The notes beneath the pieces were generated by a model. The model saw only the letters and a list, made by a program, of their open reading frames with translations, did no database searches and had not been told where the DNA came from. The position numbers were made by a program, and so were the translations under genes. A stretch of DNA of 64,000 nucleotides from Leucoraja erinacea (taxonomy: Eukaryota): contig NC_073407.1 of the NCBI RefSeq assembly GCF_028641065.1, positions 7,192,001 through 7,256,000 on the forward strand, read 5' to 3'. Shown here piece after piece: positions 11,331 through 24,167 of this stretch (positions are counted from its first letter, which is position 1; each line of letters opens with the position of its first letter).

Positions 11331-13379
11331 TAGATGTGACTGCAAGTTGGGGGCTATGCGTCAGTAGATAGGGTGGTTATGGGGTAAAAGGAGCAAATTA
11401 ATAATTTAATATAATATCAAGGGGGGTAATTAGCGTGAGTGCGGGGGGGGGGGGGGAATAGTTAGTGTGTGTGACGCTGCATGTCGCCTCCCCCCCACAA
11501 CCGCACGTTGGGGGAACAGACCCAACGGGTCTGCACATGGTCTAGTACCAAATAAACTACTGTACAGCTATGTTACAATCCTTGTCCAGGATGCATTCAA
11601 CCTCCCGCGGTGCCCAGCTGTCCTGGAAATCCCCCGGGGTGCTCGTGTACAGCGTATAGTCCATCTCTAACAGCACCCAGGCACGGACGTAACCCCGGAA
11701 AAGGGGCAGGCAGCCGGTTCGGCAGAGCCCTCTTCCGCCTGACGCCGTGACTCGCGGATGGCCAGCTTGGCCAGGCCCAGGAGCAACCCAACCAGGACAT
11801 CTTCGGCCCTACCCTCTCCCCTACGCACAGGGTGTCCAAATATGAGGATAGTTGGTGAGAAATGCAGCCAGAAGGCAAGGGAGCAGCCCCTTTAGATAGT
11901 GGAACAGAGGCTGCAGCCTCACACACTCCATATACATGTGGTACACAGACTCTTCCAGCCTGTAAAAATGGCAGGCGGCTGGCAAGTCTGTGAACCACGA
12001 GAGAAACAGGTTGCAGGGGAAGCATTGGTGCATTACCCTCCACCCCAGGGCCCCGATGTAGAGGGGGAGAGCATGGATAGCAGGTTGGCTGGAACGTCAG
12101 ACAAAGAGTGGCAATAAAGGGGCTTTTTCTGGTTGGCTGCCATTGATTAGCAGAGTTCCACTGCGGTCGGTGCTGGGTCGATGCTCTTCACGTTGTATAT
12201 TCATGATTTGAACGAGGGGATTGAAGGATTTGTGGCTAAATTTGCGGATGATGCAAAAATAGATGGAAGGGCAGGTAGTGTAGAGAAACCAGGGACTTTT
12301 CAGAAGATCTTGGACAGGTTGGGAGAGTGGGCAAAGAAGTGATAGATGGAATATAGTAACAAAGTTTGGAGTCATGCATTTTGGTAGTAGGAATAAAGGC
12401 GTATGGTATTTTCTAAATGGGGTGAGAATCCAGAAATCAGAGGTGCAAAGGGACTTGGGAGTGCTGATGCAGGATTCCCAAAAAGTTAATCTGCAAGTTG
12501 AATCGGTAGTAAAGAAAGCAAATGCAATGCTAGCATTTATTTCAAGAGGGCTGTATAGAAAAACAGGGATATAATGTTGAGGCTTTGTAAGGCCCCATTT
12601 GAAATATTGTGAGCAATTTTGGGCAACATTTCTGAGGATGTGGTGGCTCTAGAGAGAGTCCAGAGGAGGTTCACAAGAATGACCCCAGGAATGAATAGGT
12701 TAACCTATGATGAGCGTTTTTTGGCACTGTTCTTGACCTGACCATGAAGGACTGTCGCCCTGGTGGCATTGCAGGATCGGCCTGGCCAAACGTGGCCGTT
12801 GGAGTAAGAAAGTCTAAAGCAGTGTCATGACCCAAAACATCAGTTATTCATATTCTCCAGATGCTGCCTGAGTTATTTCATCACTTTAGATTAAGAAAGT
12901 GGTGTTTGAAGCAATATCAGCAACGATCTTGCCTTATCCTGTGTCAGAATAGCCCAAAGGGTAAATGGCCTACTCTTGCTTCTATTTCATCTGTTCTTAA
13001 TTAAGGCTATGTAGGTATCAAGGTAGACTAGAAAAATCACTGGGAAAGGAAATGGCGCATCCGGAGGATATGTATGAGAATTTTATTTGCTATTTGAAAT
13101 ATTTAAGGACTTTTGGGGGGGTGGGGAGAGGGTGAAGAAACCAGTGCAAGGTTATCCATGGTTCAGAGTAGGGAGTCGGGGGCAAAAGGTAAGGGAAGGA
13201 GGGCTGGTGATTTTGCGGGGAGACAGGAAGGGAAAGGTGTTTGTAGAAGTTACCTGAAATTGAAGAATTCAATGTTCATACCCTTGGGTCATAAGGTACC
13301 CAAACACAATACAGTATGAGGTGCTGTCCCTCCAATTTGTATGTGTTTTCATTCTGGCAATGGACGAGGCCGACAACAG

Positions 13380-15075
13380 AAAAGTCAAGTCAAGTCAAGA
13401 GAGTTTATTGTTATGTGTCCCAGATAGGACAATGAAATTCTTGCTTGCTGCAGCACAACAGAGTATTGTAAGCGTAAATACAGTACAGTTCAGTGTGTCT
13501 ATTTTGCATAGACCATATATATACACACACATAAATAAACAGATAAAGTGCAATAGGCTGTTATAGTTCAGAGTTTGTTTGATGGTGAGTTTAATAGCCT
13601 GATGGCTGTGGGGGAGAAGCTGTTCCTGAACCTGGATGTACCCGATTTCAGGCTCCTGTACTTTCTACCTGATGGCAGCGGAGAGATGAGTGTGTGGCCA
13701 GGATGGTGCTTGATGATGTTGGCAGCCTTTTTGTGGCAGAGACCGCGATAGATCCCTTTGATGGTGGGGAGGTCAGAGCCGATGATGGACTGGGCAGTGG
13801 TCACAACTTTCTGCATTCTTTTCCGCTCCTGGACGCTCAAGTTGCCAAACCAAGCCACGATGCAACCAGTCAATATGCTCTCTACAGTGCACCTTTGACA
13901 TACCGACTCTCCGTAATCTTCTCAGGAAGTAGAGGTATGATTATGAATTATGAATTATGCTTTCTTTATAATTGCATCTGTGTGCTGGGACCAGGAAAGA
14001 TCTTCGGAAATATGTACGCCCAGGAATTTGAAGTTCTTGACCCTTTTCACCATCGTCCTGTTGATATAAACGGGATTGTGGGTCCCTATCCTACCCCTTC
14101 CAAAGTCCACAATCAGTTCCTTGGTTTTGCTGGGGTTGAGAGCCAGTAATTCGTCCCACAACAGTGGTATCGTTGGCGAACTTGATGATGGAGTTCACAC
14201 TATGATGATGGAGTTCACACCAGCTACACAATCACGAGTATAGAGTGAGTACAGCAGGGGGCTGAGCACGCAGCCTTGAGGTGCTCCCGTGCTGATTGTT
14301 ATCGAGGATGACACATTGTCACCAATACGGACAGACTGTGGTCTGTGGATGAGGAAGTCGAGGATCCAATTGCAGAGGAATGAGCAGAGACCCAGATCTG
14401 AGAGCTTGGTAACCAGCTTGGAGGGGATGATGGTGTTAAACGCCGGGCTGTAGTCAATGAATATCAGCCTAACATATGAGTTTCTGTTGTCCAAGTGGTC
14501 CAGGGCGGAGAGGAGAGCCAGTGAGATCGCATCCACCGTTGATCTGTTGTGGCGGTAAGCGAACTGCAGTCAGTCGAGGTTCTTATTGACGTAGGAGTTG
14601 ATATGCGCCATAATCAACCTCTCAAAGCACTTCATCACCACAGACTGTAGTGTCACTGGTCGATAATCATTTCACGTCACCTTCCTCTTCTTGGGCACCG
14701 GTATTATTGATGCCCTTTTAATGCAGGTGAGAACCTCAGATCTCAGAAGTGAAAGGTTGAAAATGTCCGTAAAAACGCCAGCCAGTTCGTCCGCACAGGT
14801 TTTTAGAACACGGCCAGGTATACCATCAGGTCCAGGTGGTTTCCAAGGGTTCACCCCCCTGAAGGATCTTCTGACGTTGGCCTCTGAGACTGTGACTGAA
14901 ATATCATCACGGCGAATGGGGGCTCGGGAAGGCACATCAGTGTTCTCCCTATCAAATCATGCGTAAAACGCATTGAGCTAGTCAGGGAGTGATGCTTCGC
15001 TGACAATTGAGCTGCCTCCTGATTTCGCCTTGTAGGAGGTGATGGCATTCAAGCCCTGCCACAGTTGCCGAACAT
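13380..15075 (-). mobile_element. Rex1/Babar-type LINE, 5'-truncated and frameshifted
   Basis: [40 protein letters not shown] and FKFLGVHISEDL motifs; (cttga)n tail. Confidence 0.9.
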
Positions 15076-15084
15076 GCCGAACAT

Positions 15085-15235
15085 GTGGAAATGGGGAGTT
15101 AAAATGATTAGCAACCGGAAGATCCAGTAAACCTCGGTGGACTGAGTGTAATTGTTTAACAAAGCGATCACCGAATTTACACTTGGTCTCGCCGATGTCA
15201 TAGAGGCCACATCGGGATGCAGTGGATGAGGTTAG
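15085..15235 (-). mobile_element. Penelope-like element GIY-YIG endonuclease fragment
   Basis: Minus-strand remnant IGETKCKFGDRF...DLPVANHFNSP. Confidence 0.65.
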
Positions 15236-15241
15236 TTATTC

Positions 15242-16049
15242 CAGGGCTCGAAATTAGCGGTTGCCCGGATGCCACTGACTACCCAAAGTGCCGCCGGGCA
15301 ACCTAAACGGCGAGTCATTTTGCCCGGCTTGGCAACTTGGTTTATACCTAACATAGACACAAAAAACTGGAGTAACTCCGCGGGTCCGGCAGTATCTCTG
15401 GAGAAAAGGAACGTGACGTTTTGTGTCGGCGGCGGTTGTGGGAAAGATGCTAAGTGTGACGTGACGGAGGGTCGGAGCGAATCACGGGCCCCGCACAGCA
15501 GTGGAGGCGGTTCCATCTCCTCCTCCCGCACCCCGCCCGGCCCGATAAAGGCCGCTGCTGCCATTCCGCCAACGGCGCTTTCAAAACAGATCCTGTTTTG
15601 TGAATGCTTCATTGAGCATATTCCGACTGGTAACTACGCACTTTGTCCGAACACGCGTCATGCAAGCCATCTTAAATGACCACCTAAACTGTCATTTGGC
15701 AACCTGAAAAGCTGCCAAGGTTACACAGAAAAGCTGGAGAAACTCAGCGGGTGCAGCAGCATCTATGGAGCGAAGGAAATAGGCAACGTTTCGGGCCGAA
15801 ACCCTTCTTCAGACGCGTTTAAGATGGCTTGCATGACGCGTGTTCGGACAAAGTGCGTAGTTACCAGTCGGAATATGCTCAATGAAGCATTCACAAAACA
15901 GGATCTGTTTTGAAAGCGCCGTTGGCGGAATGGCAGCAGCGGCCTTTATCGGGCCGGGCGGGGTGCGGGAGGAGGAGATGGAACCGCCTCCAAAAGCTGC
16001 CAAGGTTGCCCGGCTGGCAACAGGGAAAAAAGGTTAAGCGAGAGCCCTG
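15242..16049. mobile_element. Non-autonomous DNA transposon with short TIRs (hAT-like ends)
   Basis: Ends CAGGGCTC...GAGCCCTG, subterminal ggttgcccgg motifs at both ends, flanked by TATTC on both sides. Confidence 0.6.
15785..15814 (-). ncRNA. Putative minimal hammerhead ribozyme motif in a Penelope-derived terminal repeat
   Basis: Minus strand GT-CTGAAGA-A-GGGT-TTCG-GCCC-GAAA-CG-TT-GC: CUGANGA and GAAA core boxes, helix II with a UUCG loop, and a vestigial ACGU helix III. Confidence 0.6.
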
Positions 16050-16283
16050 TATTCCCACACTGACCTTTCTGTCCTGGGCTTCCTCCACAGCCATACTACT
16101 TCTCTGACCAGTTTGACTGTCCTGATAAAATTTTATCTTTTTATGCTTCGTTGTAAACTTCCTCTAGCTAACTTGAACTTCGTCCCCTTTGATGTCTCGT
16201 TTTCACACCTTACACTTCCCTATCTCTGTGTCTCCCTCTCCTCTGACTGTCCGTCGGAAGAAGGGTCTCGACTCAAAATGTCA

Positions 16284-16505
16284 AGGGCCTGCCCCACTTG
16301 ACGATTTATTCGGCGACTGCCGGCATCATTGACTGACAATCAGGTGACCGAAAAAGCTGCGGCGTGATGACGTATTGACGCAGTGTTTTGCAAGTGTCGC
16401 AACATTTTTTTTGTCGCCCCTGGATTTTGAAATGTTCAAAATCTTTTGGCGACCCTGATATGACGCCAGCAGTCGCCGTAAAAAATCGGCAAGTGGGACA
16501 GGCCC
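16284..16505. mobile_element. MITE (PIF/Harbinger-like) inserted into a Penelope repeat
   Basis: TIR gggcctg(c/t)cccacttg.cgatt...aatcggcaagtgggacaggccc; tca duplicated at 16281-16283 and 16506-16508. Confidence 0.72.
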
Positions 16506-16899
16506 TCACCCATTCTTTCTCTAGAGATGCTGCCTGTCCCACTGAGTTATTACAGCATTTTGTGTTTAGCTCCATTTGTTCGCCTCGTACTTTACTCGAA
16601 TAATTACTTTAAATTCCTCATTTAATTTAATTTAATCCCTTGAAAAAAGATATTTTCTGGATCTTGTTTATTCCGTCCTTCTGCCATTTATTTCTTATTA
16701 TTAATTCCCCCTGCTTCTCCAGGGGACCACTAGTTAGTCATGCTGTTAATTTCCTTTTTATACATGAAGAAATCCGTATTTAACGTTGTATAACCTTTCC
16801 CTGCTCACTCTACTCCAAGTGCTGACTATTGATTGAAAAATGATAAGCTTTTACCACACAAAAGGTGAAAATTCCAGAATGGGGTGGAGGCGGGAGGCA

Positions 16900-17230
16900 T
16901 GACGCACGGCCGGTGAAACCTCCGATCGACGTGGTGACGTGTGAGGGGACTGCCGCGACGTCTGCACTGATTGACATCCAATGGGAGCGGAAGGTGGAGG
17001 TGAGCTGGCCGGCGACGTGTGGCCTGGCCAATGGTGCGGGAGGGAGTGGGCGGGACATGGGGCGGGCTGTGACGCGACTGTCCGGAGCCGGTACGTGTCA
17101 GCCACCGGAGTGGCCAGCGCCAACCCGCCGCCCAATCAGCCGCCTCCAACGCGGGCGCCGCCGGCCAATGGCAGCGCTCCACGACGAGGAAGTGGCTGGT
17201 CTATATAAAGCGCGGAGCGGCGGGCGCGGA
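16900..17230 (+). promoter_or_regulatory. HSPA5 promoter: CpG-rich, with ERSE elements, CCAAT boxes, CRE/ATF-like site, GC boxes and TATA
   Basis: Perfect ERSE CCAAT-N9-CCACG at 17165-17183; ERSE variant CCAAT-N9-CCAAC at 17132-17150; further CCAAT at 16978 and 17028; TGACGTG at 16935-16941; TATATAAA at 17202-17209. Confidence 0.92.
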
Positions 17231-17231
17231 C

Positions 17232-17280
17232 CGGCACATCAGTGAAGCGGCGGAGGGAGCAGTGAGTGGCAGGTACAGCG
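17232..17280 (+). other. Probable non-coding first exon of HSPA5 (start approximate), spliced to the acceptor at 18063/18064
   Basis: Lies about 25 nt after the TATA box; donor gcg|gtgagt at 17281; polypyrimidine acceptor tttgcctctttag ends at 18063, 38 nt before the ATG. Confidence 0.7.
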
Positions 17281-18101
17281 GTGAGTACATGCACCCGGCA
17301 CCTGGGTGGCAGCTTGCGGTCTGACTCCCGGGGGAGCAAGGGGTAACCTGGACACCTGCAGGCCGGCACCGGGAGGGGGAATCCTGGGCACCGGTTCATT
17401 GATGATCCGCTTCATTCCCCCCACCCCCCCGGTCCTAGACCGGCCTGTCTTTCGACCAATGCCCTCGAGTCCTAAACCAACGTTACATCTTCGGGGGAAA
17501 TCTCCGAGAATTGGCCAGGCCCACGGTGTCGATGGATTCGCCCCCCCAGGCGTGGGCCCACCATTGCGCGGGGAGCCCGACAACGCATGTGGCGCCTAAC
17601 GTGGGCTGCTCATAAAATGGCTTCCGGAGCGCTGCGCCGCTGCAGCCCCATTGAGCTTTTGTTCAAGGCTAGAGGTTGACTGGTGCCCGCTCACTCAATG
17701 GCCCAATCGTTGCAGTCACGACGTGATCAACTAACATGTATGGGTCTGTGTAGACAAGGAATGTTAGTTTGAAATCTCCCTGTTGTGATTGGCAGGTTGT
17801 CTTTACCGGCTCGCAGGCTGTGTTGGTAATTGAGCAGGTTGTCTTTTCAAACCTAGTTATTCCATTTGTGATTCCACCATGACGTCGAGACTGGGTAGCG
17901 ATCAGATTGTCGTCAATGAATGAACGAACCAGACGCGTTTTAACTATATAATAGATCATTGGCAAACTCTTCTGGTTTCAAGTTTTATTCCACGTATGTT
18001 TAAGAACAATTGCTTTTGGAAAATTATAGACATTTGCTGAGTTGTTTCTTTTTGCCTCTTTAGATTTTTCACACTACATTAGAGTAGTAAATTCGCTCAG
18101 A

Positions 18102-21945
<3,844 letters not shown>

Positions 21946-22251
21946 TAAGGACTCTAATTTTGTAAATAATGGATTTGAACTTTACTGTTTGGAGAAAAAA
22001 AAATATCAGAATGATAAGGACTAACTCTTGAATGTATGTGCAGAATTTTTCGCTGAATGGCGAGAACATTTGAAATGATCTAGAACTTCCATTGCAGTTT
22101 CAGTATCAATTATCTGGAGGGAGAACTTAATTGGGAGAAAATAGACGTCAAGGGTTCCGAGTACAATGTTCTCCAAATGCACATTTTTCTATTTATTTGA
22201 AATCTCATGTTTGGTCTGTGTAAGTGTAGAAAACATTTTCTACTGGTGACC

Positions 22252-22257
22252 AATAAA
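22252..22257 (+). terminator. HSPA5 polyadenylation signal
   Basis: AATAAA about 310 nt after the stop, followed by T/GT-rich sequence. Confidence 0.7.
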
Positions 22258-22631
22258 TGTTATGTTTGATATTAAAATTTCTCAAGCTTCTTGACTTGAG
22301 GTTAAAGACCATCACCATCTGCAATTTTGGGGTTTGCATTGCTAAAGTTAATTAACCTACAGCCTAATTTAAATTTGATTTGGAATATCTAGTGAGGTTG
22401 CACACTACATTTTACAGATTAAGTATCTGCAAATGGCAATGGGACAACTGCCTTGGGTTGAGACTATTTCCCACCACTGATACTGCCACCTGCTGGAGTC
22501 TTGAGCAAGAATGCCTTGTCTGCAAACAAGTTTAGCCTCTGATCTGAGCTTTGGCAACTTCAGTTGAACGATCTAGGTCAAGAAGTAAAGAATGCTATTG
22601 GGGCTTTCTGCATCCACCACAAATGCACTGC

Positions 22632-22918
22632 AAGACGACCGGAAGGTAGCCAGTTCGAATCCCGCTTGGAGTGCATACTGTCGTTGTGTCCTTGGGGAAG
22701 ACACTTCACCCACCTTTGCTTGCGTGTGAATGTGTGAGTGATTGGTGGTGGTCGGAGGGGCCGTAGGCGCAGATTAGCAGCCACGCTTCCGTCAGTCTGC
22801 CCCAGGGCAGCTGTGGCTACAGAAGTAGCTCACCACCACCGAGTGTGACTGAGGAGTGAATGAATAATGCGATGTAAAGCGCCTTGAGTATCTAGAAAGG
22901 CGCTATATAAATCCCATC

Positions 22919-22950
<32 letters not shown>
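22632..22950 (+). mobile_element. 5'-truncated tRNA-derived SINE with an L2-type 3' end (AFC-like)
   Basis: B box GTTCGAATC at 22653-22661; core gtcagtctgccccagggcagctgtggctac; tail tgtaaagcgccttgag...aggcgctatataaat followed by (TTA)n. Confidence 0.75.
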
Positions 22951-22951
<1 letters not shown>

Positions 22952-23451
22952 ATACCCAACAATTGTTGGTATAATGGTTTTAAATCAGAACAACAGAGCT
23001 CAAGTGCCTCTTTCTATGCTGTGTCTTTAATTCAGTTACAAACATATCCAGGTTATCATATGATGAAATTAGGTAATTGTATGGTCTGTAAGGTAGTCTT
23101 ATTGCAGCTATTCCACTAAATGCAAAATGGGAAGAATCGATAATGGTAAATTTTCCATTTTTTAAATCACTTGTACATTAAATGCAGTCTTCTGCCTAAT
23201 GCCTAACTCCAATCATTTGGTTGCCCTGATGTGACAAATTGCATTTTGCACTACCAGAACCACTATGATCAAATTATTTATGATACAGATTAACAGACAT
23301 TTAAATGATAAATGCAGTAATGTACCGAGTTAATTTCTTATGTTAGTTTGAGCAGTACATTCATCAGAATTTGATGCGAAATTAAAGCAGGTAGATTTAG
23401 ATTTATACTTTCGGCCATCCGACAGTGACTAGGAAGGGTTCATCAGGAAGT

Positions 23452-23457
23452 TTTATT
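23452..23457 (-). terminator. Candidate RABEPK polyadenylation signal
   Basis: TTTATT on + (AATAAA on -), about 400 nt after the stop. Confidence 0.45.
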
Positions 23458-23856
23458 GATATAAATGTTACAAAACATGATTTAAAAAAAAACAAAAAAA
23501 AACTGAGAGGGTCATAAAGCGATGGGTGATCTGGTCTATAATGCATTGTGACAGCAAAATAGCCAAATGATGTTGGCGCATTACCATGTGTTCTCACTGC
23601 AATTGACAAGTTGAATTCTGGCTCCAAGGAGCCACTGCAGATGCTGGAATTTTGAGAAAAAAACAAGTGCTGCAGTGACTAGGGGTCAAGCAAAATCTAT
23701 GGAAGGAGTGGATATACTCAAAACACCCTGACCTGAAATGTCAGTCCACTCCTTCCCCCCCCCCCCCCCCCTTAAGCAGTTTGTTTACAAGACTGCTGCA
23801 GAACACAAGGATGGGAAGAGGATACAAGACAAGTTGGACATCTGAAAAATATGCTG

Positions 23857-24167
23857 TTAGCAGCCCTTGAGAAGAGTTACAAAGCAGTCGTTGAAAATTT
23901 CACCTTGAGTGTCCATACCACCAAATACCAAGCACAGGTGCACAATGCTCTTTGTCTGACTTTGAATTGCTGAGCAATTCATAGAGGTGGGATGTAGGTT
24001 GTTACCACTGGTACATTCCTCGTTTTCTTCAGCTGGTAGTTTCTCATTTGTTCCTGGAGTATCTGTTTCTGCTTTCCTTATTTTCCAGGGTATAATGCAC
24101 ATGGCATGATCCAATCTTTTTGTAGGTAGAGAAGAGTCGAATTCTAATAAGGTCCAGCATTGTGTCT
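23857..24167 (-). CDS. RABEPK: RABEPK last coding exon
   Basis: ETQCWTLLEFDSSLPTKRLDHAMCIIPW...CLVFGGMDTQGEIFNDCFVTLLKGC stop. Confidence 0.93.

Larger units (their letters stand above)
10342..11545 (+). mobile_element. Non-autonomous Helitron
   Basis: A|TCTATATTACTAAAA start; perfect 7-bp hairpin cagaccc-aac-gggtctg at 11517-11533; CTAG|T end; inserted between A and T with no TSD. Confidence 0.85.
10243..12069 (-). mobile_element. 5'-truncated L1/Tx1-clade LINE, itself interrupted by a Helitron
   Basis: Poly-T (polyA on minus) at about 10243-10260; C-terminal cysteine-rich remnant CHFYRLEESVYHMYMECVRLQPLF; TSD agcatggatagcaggtt at 10226-10242 and 12070-12086. Confidence 0.8.
9975..12730 (+). 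mobile_element. Degenerate CR1 LINE interrupted by a Tx1/L1 element
   Basis: KFADDAK, LDRLGEW and KKANAMLAFISRG remnants; continuous across a 17-bp TSD. Confidence 0.8.

Noticed and set aside
17510-17526. ERSE-II candidate ATTGG...CCACG in HSPA5 intron 1
   Set aside because: The spacer is 6 nt, whereas ERSE-II needs 1 nt.
16810-17599. Many short ORFs around the HSPA5 promoter
   Set aside because: A CpG-island effect, with no homology or splice support.
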